Shown: positions 42,331 to 56,180 of the stretch, piece after piece
How positions within the stretch are numbered: the first letter of the stretch is position 1
Layout: each line of letters begins with the position of its first letter
Assembly (NCBI GenBank): GCA_951406725.2
Contig: OX597828.1
Span: 44,330,001 to 44,394,000, forward strand
DNA: 64,000 nt
DNA from: Octopus vulgaris
Taxonomy: Eukaryota
Direction: 5' to 3'
Made by a program: the position numbers and the translations under genes
Notes under the pieces: generated by a model
The model's database searches: none
What the model was told of the DNA's origin: nothing
The model's input: only the letters and a program-made list of their open reading frames with translations

Positions 42331-42399
42331 TGTCATCAGGATTGCTACCAGTTTAATAGAAAGATTTCAATGTTTTAGCGTAGATGTTTGTTTGGAAAT

Positions 42400-42645
42400 A
42401 GAAATAGAAAAACCATGTTGAATGGATAATCTAAAGATAGAGACACTAATAAGGTTGCACATAATAAATGGTAAGATAAAGATATTGAAATTAAGGAATT
42501 ATAACAATGGTAAGTCTACAAATATCTTGGAATAAATGCAAAAGACTGGACGGGAGAAGCTAGAATGAAGCTAAATGTGACAAGAATATTATCGACGTTT
42601 TATAAAAGTGTTCGGGTCAGAAGGAAAATGCTAAAAATAAAATAA
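42400..42645 (+). mobile_element. Decayed R4/Dong-like RT C-terminal fragment
   Basis: Encodes DIEIKEL...VYKYLGI...MK...EYYRR...NAKNK through frameshifts. Confidence 0.6.
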
Positions 42646-43401
42646 GAGTAAAAATAAGAATAAAAGTTAAAAATAAAATAAGAATGAAAACAAAAATAAA
42701 ATGAGAAGCATTGATACATACGTCCATTCAATGATAATCCTAATGAATAATCTTTTCTTATGGTAAATAAGATGAAATACAGAACTCTCTGTATTAAATT
42801 GGTAACATTGTTAGCAGAAGCGTTAGAGAATCGGGCAAAACATCAAGAGGTATTTGCTTTACATTCTGAGTTCAAAACCCGCAAAGGTCAACTTTTCCTT
42901 TTGTCATTTCTGAGTCGATACAAGAAAGGTTTAGTCAAGTGCAGAGATCAATCGCTATCCGAGGATGTATTTGAACACAGAATGCAAAGAACCGTATGTA
43001 ATGACTTTGAGTATTTTGTCCGACGTGTTAACGATTCTGCCAACTCACCGTCTTAAGGAGACTACAGGGAACAGCAGAAATACACCTGTCTGTATTTTGG
43101 AATAAATTACTCGAAATATATAAGTATATATATATGCCCTAGTATATAACTGGTATAATGAATCACACAAAAATTTCAGCGATATTTCTTCCGATTGTGG
43201 TTTAATGGGTTAACTGTTGGGTTGACGACCGTACTGTCGTGGGTTCTATTCCGGACCCGGCAGGAATAGAAGCCATGAGTTTAAAAATGAAGTGTGTGGA
43301 TGAGGCACTTAATTTAATGTTACACCGGTTCCCTGAGGCACAAAATATTTGCGTCTATCGCGAAGTGATAGCTAAAAGACTATCTACAACCAGTCTTGCA
43401 T

Positions 43402-43668
43402 TTGGAGGCGCGTGAATTAGAGGTTAAGGTGCTGGACTCATGGTCGTAAGATTGTGGTTTCCATTCATGAAATGGGCAACGCGTTGAGTTGTCTAGCAAA
43501 ACACTTCATTTCGCGTTGGTCCAATCCAGTCAGCAGGCAAAAATGAGTAATCCTGCTGCAGATCAGTGTCCCATATATGTGGGGAATATATATATCCGCC
43601 ATGAAACCGGGAAACCAGCGCTATGAGTCGACGTGACTCTAGAACGTAACTTTTCCTACCTTTACCTT
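43402..43668 (+). mobile_element. SINE family B-related copy with target-site duplication
   Basis: Head ggaggcgcgtg...gtggtttccattc and a tail type 3-like end. accagtctt occurs at 43389-43397 and 43669-43677. A similar copy lies at about 1923-2150. Confidence 0.7.
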
Positions 43669-44534
43669 ACCAGTCTTATATGTCAATGGCCCTTTATAGC
43701 TACGATACATTATATGAAAACTAGAAGTATAAACAAGTGTAGGCATGACATGACTGTGTTATTGTGAAGGACGAGATACACTCAGCATACTCCACTAAAT
43801 TGCCCTAGTATATAACTGGTATAATGAATATGCTGTTGTTATTGTTTAGCCCACGTTACAACAACTAACATTAGTCCTTTTTATCCAGAACTATATATCT
43901 AATTATCAGACACACACACACACAGACACACACACATAGACACACACACACATACATATATTATATTATATTATTTACTCCCCCTCTCTCACATTTCTTG
44001 GACCTTTCTTTCATTAACTCCCACAATTTCCCACTCATTTATCTCCCCTGTACCTTTCTCTTTGTCTCAGATTTTTTTCTAATCCTTGAATCCCGCTGTC
44101 CCCTACCCATATTTCCTCCTTCCACGTGACCTGTGTCCGGCCATCCACGGTCTTTCTTTCTTGGCTTGATTGACGACCGTCAACACCTCTTATGTTGATC
44201 TCCTATGTTCCTGCCTTTAGGATTTCACTTCATACACGAAAGCTCAATTTGAATCGTTCTCAGTCGAAAGACGCCTGTTGTTTGTATTCTTATTTGTGTA
44301 CCATGTTCTCCGTTTATTTTTGTTTATTTATTAAAAAAATTTTTTGGTCTTTGTTGCCGTACACATTCGATAGCTTTCTTATAAAGGGGTCTAAGACACT
44401 TAGCTTAAACTTTTTTCGGGGGAAACCAGATCGAACTATCTCAAGTTTTTTTTGCCTGTCCTTCTGACTGTTATTTCTCTTGTCCGCCTTTGTATCGTCT
44501 ATCCATCCGAACGAATGCCCGCTGTTGCGCTTTT

Positions 44535-44619
<85 letters not shown>

Positions 44620-44621
44620 GG

Positions 44622-44767
<146 letters not shown>

Positions 44768-45453
44768 GTATGCATATACAAAAGTGTCCATTATCATTAT
44801 CAACATCATCATCATCATCATCACCATTGTCAACATCTTCGTCGATATCTTCACAATCACGCAATTCTTCAAGCAACCCGACTATCTAACATAACCACCA
44901 CAACCACTACTACCACTCTCACAACGACCGCCACCATCACCCTCATCGGTAGAATTCCCCCACCCCTCCCATCCCCACGAAACAATCAGCACCCGTATCA
45001 CCTAAAATCCACTCGAAACACTACCCCTTACCAAAAGATCACACCCAGTAATCTACCTCACGTACATTGAGGACAAAACAATCAAACCTTATATCTTGGA
45101 GATAATCTCGTACTAAAGTGTCTCATTAAAAGATATTATTTCCCGGCCTTATTATTACCGCGGAACCCCACAAAAGCCAACATCTCCTACAATACCCCGC
45201 CCTGTGCGCTATCGTCCCTCCTCCATCCGCATCAATTTTTGACAGTACGTATCTTATTTACATCTGGTTATCTGTTTACCTATCTAACACCCCACACATA
45301 CACACATGTACGCATGTGTATGCTGGTAAGTATGTATGCGTGTATATGCGAGTGTGCTATATGCTATATATGGTGTATAGGCATATGAAATTTTATATCG
45401 TTTAAAGACATGCATATATACATCTACACGCACATATATGTGTACATGTATTC

Positions 45454-45512
<59 letters not shown>

Positions 45513-45564
45513 CATACATATCTGCACATATATGTGTACGTGTATTCGTGTATACATATATACG

Positions 45565-45676
<112 letters not shown>

Positions 45677-45769
45677 CATACATACATACATACATATCTG
45701 CACATATATGTATGTATGTATATGTTATACATATGTGTGTGTGTGTGTGTGTGTGTATGTGTGTGTGTG

Positions 45770-45811
<42 letters not shown>

Positions 45812-45813
<2 letters not shown>

Positions 45814-45930
45814 CAAAATTTTCTTGCAAGTGGTAAACTTCCTAAAAAGCTCAAAGAAGACATTATATGCCCTATCCACAAAGGTGGAAGCAGAGCAAAA
45901 ACTACAGGCCAATCTGTCTAAGCACAGTTA
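45812..45930 (+). mobile_element. LINE reverse-transcriptase N-terminal fragment
   Basis: [27 protein letters not shown]-(frameshift)-NYRPICL matches the PIxKxG...NYRPISL motif. Confidence 0.75.
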
Positions 45931-46178
45931 TCAGTAAAGTCATTGAGAGAATCATCACTGAATAAACTGTTAGGCTCAGATGGCACTGATGAATCCTCGT
46001 TGAAAATATATATGATTTTTTTAAGTGACACGCAGCCACATGCATACAACCTTACATACGTACATACATACATACATACATAAATACATACATACAAATA
46101 TAAATATATGTGTGTCTGTCTATGCATAGAATTACACATCACTTGTTCACAAAACAACTGTCTCTGACTCTTACTCTG

Positions 46179-46213
<35 letters not shown>

Positions 46214-46400
46214 ACATCTCTTTCTTTTTTCACTGTTTCTCCCCAACTCTGTCTTTCTGTCTGTCTCTCCCCCACCCCCTCTCACTCTCTTTATGTCTCT
46301 GCTTACATATATTTCTGTCTGCATACCAGTTGTTTCGCCTTTATGAAATTCCTTTCTCAGTCCCACGCGCAAGTACACGAATTGATTCGATGCACAAAAG

Positions 46401-46567
<167 letters not shown>

Positions 46568-46577
46568 CAGACATAGA

Positions 46578-46619
<42 letters not shown>

Positions 46620-46693
46620 CTAGTTTCGGGATGATCCCGAAACTACTCCGTGCGTATCACTCAGGCTTGCGAGAAAGGGATGGCCTCCCTTTG

Positions 46694-46780
<87 letters not shown>

Positions 46781-47077
46781 CATATATATATATATTTATT
46801 TATATACATGCATATAACATACACGCACACGCACACACACTCAAACACACGTACGCATAGTCACACACACATACATGCAAATCAGTGTGTGTGTGTGTGT
46901 GTGTGCGTGTGTGTGCGTGTGTGTGCGTGTTCGTATGTGTACATGATGTGTATCCAAATAATATGCATTAGAATGCATTAGTCAATATGCATACATCTAC
47001 ATATATATATGAACATATACGTGTGTATATATGTGAGTGTGTATATATGTGAGTGTGTATGTATGTGAGTGTGTATG

Positions 47078-47111
<34 letters not shown>

Positions 47112-47530
47112 TGTATGTATGAATGCAAATATGTCTATGGAGATATATATATAAAACTCACATACATGTTCATTAGACTTCAAACGTGCATACACACATG
47201 CACATACACACACACACGCGCGCCTGCGCGCGCGCAAACACACACGCATGTAGTGTCTCGCCGTCGAACCCCTTATAACAGGTCCCATGCGGTACGAGTT
47301 GCACTGCTCCCTCCAACTCCAACACAAATTAGACCCCCACGCCCCCCTCCTGAGCAATTCATCGTTATCCAACCTGAACCGTCTGGGTGTGAAAACGAAT
47401 TCCACGATTATCCAGAAAGGCATCAAGAATACTAATAATAACTAAAACATCATCATCAACAACAACAACAAAAGAATAATAATAATAATAATAATAATTA
47501 ATGATAATAATAATAATGATGATAATAATA

Positions 47531-47585
<55 letters not shown>

Positions 47586-47635
47586 TGATGATGATGATGA
47601 TGATAATAATGATGATGATAATAATAATAATAATA

Positions 47636-47700
<65 letters not shown>

Positions 47701-48039
47701 AATATGCATACCAGTAACATCTATATAAATAACAAGAAGAAAAAATAATATTCTGTAAATGTGATTGCATTTTCTGCCTCGTGTATACTCATCCGTATAC
47801 AGTTATATAAATACCTACGCACACACACACCTATACACACTCACATACATACACACACCCACACACAGAAACACACACACACACTCACTCATGCACAAAA
47901 ATGCACGTGTGTGTAAGTGTAAATGCGAATATATATAAAATGATGAAGTGAGAGAGGAGAGAGTCAGACAAGCAATCAGACGGACAGACAGACAGGCAGA
48001 TAGCTAGATAGATAGATAGACAGATATATATATATATAT

Positions 48040-48156
<117 letters not shown>

Positions 48157-48341
48157 GGGTGGGTGGATGGATGGATGGATGCATGGATGGATGGATGGAT
48201 TGCTAGATAGAAAGATAGAGGAATACAGATATAGGTATAAATACATATATGTATATATGTGTATTATTACATTTATATATGTATATAAGTACAGAGATTA
48301 TATACGTATATATATATAAACATAAACACACATATCCTTCG

Positions 48342-48408
<67 letters not shown>

Positions 48409-48457
48409 TATGTGTATATACATACACTCATACGCAGATACATACACACACACACAC

Positions 48458-48496
<39 letters not shown>

Positions 48497-48536
48497 TACT
48501 CACATATACACGTAATAAAATATACATAAACACACA

Positions 48537-48575
<39 letters not shown>

Positions 48576-48702
48576 ATATACATATATACATAAATACATA
48601 TATATATATACACATATATGTATATACAGAGAGAGAGAAAAAGTGAAAGAGAAAGAGATGGATGTATGTGCTAACGCGCATGCGAACACTCACATACATA
48701 CA

Positions 48703-48776
<74 letters not shown>

Positions 48777-49572
48777 TATGCAGGTGTATACGCAGCTATA
48801 TACGCAGATACATACACCTAATGACCTTAATGTTCTGTTACATTATGTTCATATCATGCTATGAAGTGCAGTTTTCTCGTCATATTCCTGTCCCGAAACA
48901 CCCATCAGTTATAATATACAAATACATATACATACATACAAACATATGCACATATACATACATACATACATATATATTTTTTTCTGTACATACATACATA
49001 TATATATATGTGCGCGCGCCTGTGTATATATATATATACCTATATATATATGTATGTATTATGTATATATGTAGGTATGTTTGCATGTGTATATGTAAAT
49101 ATGTGTGGGTTTTGGGTGGGTGAGTGATTGTATGTGAATAGGGAGAGTTATGAAGACAGAGCGGAAGATACTAAGCATGCACTGTCTCTTGGTTAAGTGT
49201 ATTTGGTACACGACTAAGTTCAGCCGAATATTTTCCTCTACATGAAATGTACGAACCAAATGTATGAACGCATTGCATTTCGCTTCTCATAATTTTGGCC
49301 CAGACTTTTTTTTTTTTTTATGTGTGTCTGTTTCTTCACTGAAATAACTCATTGTGTTGTTTTGTTTCTTTACGACCTTTTCTCGAAATCCAACATGTTT
49401 CTTCGTGTCTGTTTGAATGTGTGTATATCTGTGCGTATGTATGTATGTATATGAATGAATCTATATGTATATTAACATATATATATATATATATATATAT
49501 GTTTGTATGGTTGTTTGTGTGTGTTCGTATCTGTGTACCCGATGATATTTTTTTCTGTATACACACATTTAT

Positions 49573-49656
<84 letters not shown>

Positions 49657-49750
49657 GTACATATATTTGTAATATCATACCTATATATATACACATAAAT
49701 ATACATAGACGCACACGCTCACTAACACTCACACACACATACATGCATAC

Positions 49751-49801
<51 letters not shown>

Positions 49802-49804
<3 letters not shown>

Positions 49805-50012
49805 GGTGAGTCAAAAGTAGGTTTACAGTTATTCAACTAACTCTTTCACATTCATATATTAACAGTTTAGGTCATAATTATAAAAAATATGAAACCATTA
49901 TTCTATGCTAATTTAGTTAATTGTAAGATAGAAATTTACATGCAATAAAATGCTTTAAAAGAAATTTCAAGTGCCTACGTGATAACTGTAAACCAAGTTT
50001 TGGGTCTACATG
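49802..50012. mobile_element. Tc1/mariner-type MITE
   Basis: TA-cagggtgagtcaaaagtaggtttacagtt ... aactgtaaaccaagttttgggtctacatg-TA: imperfect 29-bp TIRs with a TA duplication. Confidence 0.75.
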
Positions 50013-50039
50013 TACATACATACATTATCATATCTTATC

Positions 50040-50402
50040 TTATCTAGTTTCAGCTCACGAGCTGTGGCCATGCTGGGGCACCGCCATATGGTGTTGCTAC
50101 ATTATTTTACTTCATGAATGCTTTTTAGCAGTTGCCATTTGGTGCACGAGAGAGTTCGATGCAACTGCCCTCATCTGCACCTCCTGCCATGAAGTTGGTT
50201 CATCTGAGACACCTGACAAGAAAAGATCCAGTTTTATTTTAAAGACATCTGCATCCACCCTATGCAGGTCTCTCAGGTCCTTCGGGGAGATATTAAAGAG
50301 CTGTGGGCCTCTGAAGCCCAGGCTATCAGAGTATCTTGTCCTACATCTTGATGGCAAATTTGGAGTCCTTGGCACTATGCAGTGGCGCCCAGTTCTAGTA
50401 TT
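50040..50402 (-). mobile_element. CR1/L2-like LINE 3' end
   Basis: Encodes SLGFRGPQLFNISPKDLR...FKIKLDLFLSGVSDEP...RAVASNSL* with 3' UTR ggcggtgccccagcatggccacagctcgtgagctgaaactaga. Further copies at 55409-55585 and about 55945-56095. Confidence 0.82.
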
Positions 50403-50427
50403 TTCTCTGTATATATATGTATGTATA

Positions 50428-50534
<107 letters not shown>

Positions 50535-50699
50535 TTAAATCCTTAAAAATGTTTTAGCCCGAAGGCCGCGGCGTGTATATATATATACATGCATACATAT
50601 GTAAATATATATACTCATCCATACGTACATGTACGTTTATATTCTGACATGGGGAAACTATAAGTTGTTGCACAAGCACTCATTTCTCCACCTATTATC

Positions 50700-51740
50700 G
50701 TAGAAACAACTGGAAGCTAATGAAGTGGGAAGAGAGGAGTTATTAAAATGAAAGAAGGCTGGAATGATGTCTGGAGTTGGCATAAATCACGGGTAAGCTT
50801 CGCTCGCACCATCTATGATGTGCTGCCATATCCCTGCAATCTGTTGAAATGGTAAATAGCGAATCACAAGTAAGGAAGTAGAAATGCTGTCAGGCTCAGA
50901 CATATTCTAACTGAGTGTTCGATGGGGCAAGAAATGTATATATGGAGTTTGAATGATTTGAATGAGGTTCTCTAAATTCTCAGTAGTGTTTTGGAGAATC
51001 AGATGGAAATGATTGATGGTGACAAGGAACTATTAAAGGATAGCAATAAACGGCATATCTTGCTTGCCTAAAATAAAAGGGACAAACTGTGAGCGGCAAG
51101 ACAAGAACTGCGATGGAGTTTGGAAGGTGACAGCAGATCTTTTAGGATGTAAACGCCTCTCTCCAATATCAACAAGGAAGAAACCGGGTATATCGCAATA
51201 TGGTGTACCGAGAATAAGATTTTTTTTTTGTTGAATTAACTGTTCCACATGAGTACGAATTTTTTGCTGCCCGTATCGCGAAAGACAAATGTCTTGAGAT
51301 GCTATTAGAAAACTGTAAAGATGCTGGTTGGAGTGCAGTACACTTCTCTATAGAGGTTTTATTTGAATCTGACTGAGATGACAATTGCTGTCAATGGGTG
51401 TTAAACATCGTCATGTATAGTCTATCATGAAAGAGAAAGTCAGTCATTGGATATGGTTGAAAACGAACGAGGAACCTTGTCACAAGAAGAGATCTGTGTG
51501 TGTGAAGGAGATAACTGTCTGGCAAATATGCCTATATGATAAGTCAGACCTGCACGATTCCACCATTCCAATGATATCACGAAATGGACTTACGATCGAA
51601 TACTACTCAGTCGATCCGGTATGTGGAACTGCATCTCAGTGAAGGGAGCCAGTGCACTGTAAAGCAACCGAGAGGAAGGTCCCGAAACTGTGCGCATTCT
51701 CTCCTGATGACTCCTGAAACCTCCTGGCGATTGATGTGGA
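50700..51740 (+). mobile_element. Decayed Hero/NeSL-like RLE retrotransposon 3' region
   Basis: Encodes WNDVWSW...RTIYDVLPYPCNLLKW...LRHILTEC...WKVTADL...VELTVPHE...CKDAGWSAVHFSIEV through stops and frameshifts. Confidence 0.7.
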
Positions 51741-51924
51741 GAGTTTTCAAATGACTACACATGCACAAGCAAGCGGTTTCTAAGTTTCAGGATTTCCGTT
51801 CCCTTCTCGTTCAACAGTTAATCTCCCTTTTCCTCTCCCTCCCTCTCTCTCCCGCTTTGTCTCTCTCCTCTCCCTCTTCCCTCTCTCTTTCTCTCCACTT
51901 TTTTCTCTCTCTCACCATGTATTT

Positions 51925-51953
<29 letters not shown>

Positions 51954-51956
<3 letters not shown>

Positions 51957-52104
51957 CTATAAAATAATATGTGACAATCATTCGGTAGCCAAGATAAAAC
52001 TCTGAGTTTCTGATGCCGAGGTGGTGTGGATTTCCACCTCGGCATCCGAAACTCAGAGTTTTATCTTGGCTACCGAATGATTGTCACATATTATTTTATA
52101 GATA
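51954..52104. repeat. Fold-back hairpin, 71-bp arms, 9-nt loop, one mismatch
   Basis: Arms at 51954-52024 and 52034-52104. The right arm contains GAAACTCAGAGTT, as in the 41585 motif. (TA)n lies immediately to the left and about 65 bp to the right. Confidence 0.93.
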
Positions 52105-52166
52105 AATTTCCTCTATTTACATAATATTGAGATCTCTTTCTTTCTTTTCTTATCTTACAGTTTTTA

Positions 52167-52202
<36 letters not shown>

Positions 52203-52882
52203 CGTGTGTGTATATGTATACATATACGTATATGTATATATTGATATAAGTACATAGATACAGAGAGATATATGCATATAAATTATATATATATACTTAT
52301 ACATATATGTGGGTATGTATATATCTATTGTCATGTAGTTGTACTCCAGCTTAAGTCCCTCTCACCCTCCGTCTCTCTCTATCTCTCGCCAATAGATTCC
52401 TCTTGTACATTTGTATTTATTTGCGTGTGCATAAATATTATGTGTAGTGTATAGGATTTTTATGTAAGTAATTCCTCACGTATGTGCATGTGAATCTATA
52501 TTCATCCGTATATATCTAAATTTCTCTGTATCGGTATATTATATATACACACAAACACACACATATATATATACACACATAAATTACATACTTCTCTATA
52601 TATATAAATCTATATATTGTGTGTATGTATGTATATATGTATGTATATATATGTATTATGTATTATGTACGTATGTATGTACATATGTATGCATGTATGT
52701 ACATACGTATGTATTGTGTATGTATGTATTTGAAGTACATAAACATCGAAAATAAACACTTGAGGAGAAAAAAAAATGTTTAAAAAAATTACAGAAAAAT
52801 GTAATAAATAATGTAGTAAATAAACACATACACACATATATTTATATATGTATGGATGTATGTATGCATACATGGATACATT

Positions 52883-52925
<43 letters not shown>

Positions 52926-53007
52926 AATATATGCAATTATCTATATATATGTATATCTATATGTGTATATATATATATAAGTATATATATGCATGTATAT
53001 ATATATG

Positions 53008-53048
<41 letters not shown>

Positions 53049-53070
53049 GTATATACATGTATATTATATA

Positions 53071-53152
<82 letters not shown>

Positions 53153-53305
53153 AATATATGCAATTATCTATATATATGTATATCTATATGTGTATATATA
53201 TATATATAAGTATATATATGCATGTACATATATATATATGAATGTATATATATATATATATATATAATATATGTATATATATGTATATACATGTATATTT
53301 ATATA

Positions 53306-53408
<103 letters not shown>

Positions 53409-54976
53409 CATTAACACCTACAACCATCACCATCAGCACCACCGCTATAACCGTCAGCACCACCACGAAAAAATCGCAAGCATTCATAAGAAATGAAAAA
53501 CAACCTAAAAAAAAAATAACGAAAGCAGGAACATAAAATATGCAAAGAAATAGTGAAACTCGAAGAATAGATTATTCCGGAAGAATGGATAATGTTAGCA
53601 AGTCAACGATTTTGGAATTATTTCTGAGACAACTTGTTTTGGCCGTTTGGGCTATGAGCCAAACGACAAAATCTATGTATTCTCTATTCGGTGTAATTCC
53701 ATCCTTAAATATGCACACGATTCCGACAGCTTACCATTCTATTATCACATAAAGCTCCTAATATTTCACACCGAGGTCGGTCCCCGAACTATGTACTAAA
53801 CTATAATTACCATAACACCAGAGAACCGTGGCACCGTTTCATCGCACCATCACGCCATTGCAATGTAACGGCGTGCCGTATTCACTGTGAGACTGCGACA
53901 GCTTCAGCAGCTCTCGGATATAAATATATAAGTACATATGTATGTATATGTGTATACATCGGATGGACATATATAGGTTTCTCTGTATATACGTAGAAAT
54001 GTGTAACTATCGATAATAAACATATATACACTTATATGTTCATGCATATGCATATATATATGCATATATATATATATGCATATATATATGCATATATATA
54101 TATGCATATATATATATGTATATATATGTATATATATATATATAAATATATACATATGTATATATATATACATATATATATATATACATATGTATATATT
54201 TATATATATATATATATATGCATATATACATATATGCATATATATACACATATATGTGTATATACATAAATATATGCATACATACATATATACACATATT
54301 TATATATAATACATGTTTATACTTCACACACACATACATATGCACCCACGCACGCACGCAAACACACTCAAATACACATATTTCTATGTACTGGTTATAA
54401 ATATATCGACAAATATTTATTTGTATACGTGTACGGGTGTGTTGTGCGGGCGTATTTGCGTGCGCGGGAGTATGTGTGTGTTGGTGTTTGTGTTTGCAAC
54501 AGTGAAGGTAGAGGGAATACAAATTTTTTGTATGTTTCCTCTTTATTTATTTCGGTATTTTTCTTTTAATACAGCAATGATAAGTTATCTAGGAATACAC
54601 GTTTTTGGCCATTAAGTGTTATTAGGTGGTTAGTGTGTGTGAGATATAGAGAGAAAGGAAGAAGAGAGAGAGAGAGAGTATATCCTTTTCTACTCTAGGC
54701 ACAAGAGTGGGGCTAATCTATTAGATCGACCCCAGTACCAAACTGGTACGTTGGTACTTGATTTATCTATCCCGAAATGATGAAATGCAAAGTCGACCTC
54801 GGTGGAATTTGAACTCAGAAGGCAAAGGCAGACGAAATACCGCTAAGCATTTTGCCCGGCTTGCTAACGTTTCTACCAACTCGCCGCCGTAGAGGCATAG
54901 TGTATCATAAAATATTATTGTTGTATTCTATAAGTATGGAGACACATATACATACACACACATGCACACACACAAA

Positions 54977-55023
<47 letters not shown>

Positions 55024-55357
55024 GTATATATACTTATGAATGTATTTGCAGATATACATTCATGTACTGAATATAAATGCATAAATATCTGTTTCAGAGG
55101 TAAGAATAGAGGGAGAGATTTTTAGAGAAAATATATATCTTTCAGTTGGGGATTAAATAATAAAAAAATGTGCCTACGTGGTATGCAAATATATATATAT
55201 ATATGTCGGAATGTTTTTGTTAATAATGTCTGACTCGACAACATTTTCAACAAAACCGTCTTTATTTCGATGTCTTTCAAGAAAAATACAATAATATTCA
55301 AATTAGGTAAATATATTATACAATTACTACAAATACAGGTATGTATATATACATACA

Positions 55358-55402
<45 letters not shown>

Positions 55403-55609
55403 TTTTTTAATCTAGTTTCAGCTCACGAGCTGTGGCCATGCTGGGGCACCGCCATTTGGTGTTGCTACATGATTTTACTTCACGAATGCTTTTTAGCAAC
55501 TGCCATTTGGTGCATGAGAGAGTTCGATGCAGCTGCCCTCATCTGAACCTCCTGTCGTGAAGTTGGTTCATCCGGGACACCTGACATTCATACATTCATA
55601 AGTATATAT

Positions 55610-55790
55610 ATAGGGATAATTCACAAGAAAACAAAAGACGAAGACAGGTGGTGCAGACAGCAAACAGATGTATTAGTTTAACGCTTGGGAAGTGAAAAAG
55701 TCTTTAATGTTTCGAGCCTACACTCTTCCACAGAAAGGAACACAGAATGAAACGAGGAGAGAAAATAATTTGTAGTGGCTAGCGATCACG
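55610..55790 (-). mobile_element. Family H1 hammerhead-like element
   Basis: The reverse complement of 55702-55738 reads cttt-CTGTGGA-a-gagt-gtag-gctc-GAAACATT-aaag. Confidence 0.65.
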
Positions 55791-55804
55791 CCTGATCAAT
55801 GGGA

Positions 55805-55851
55805 TTGATTACCCAGGGTTTCACGTCCATAAAGCTAAACGCTTTCTTCAG

Positions 55852-55856
<5 letters not shown>
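55805..55856 (-). ncRNA. Hammerhead-like motif with canonical core
   Basis: Reverse complement at-CTGAAGA-aagcgtttagctttatggacgt-GAAA-ccc-t-ggg-TA-at. Stems I and II are weak. Abuts (TA)n. Confidence 0.5.
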
Positions 55857-55909
<53 letters not shown>

Positions 55910-56097
55910 ATTTTCTTTTATTCCTTTATTCTTTTATATATTTTTCATCCCTGAAGCTGTAGCCATGCTGGGGCACCGCCAATGTAATCACCTTTTAAGC
56001 GGCCAATTCTGTGTGATTGGCCTTTGCTGTAGGAGGGTGTTCGATACCGCTGCCCTCTTTTAAACTTCCTGTCTTGATATTGGTTCATCTTTGATCT

Positions 56098-56180
<83 letters not shown>

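Noticed and set aside
51678-51722. CGAAAC...CTGATGA in the Hero-like 3' UTR
   Set aside because: The order fits a type II hammerhead, but stems I, II and III do not pair in this copy.
52850-53260. ~228-bp-period duplication of a compound TA-rich unit
   Set aside because: Ordinary slippage or unequal crossover inside a microsatellite, with no informative content.
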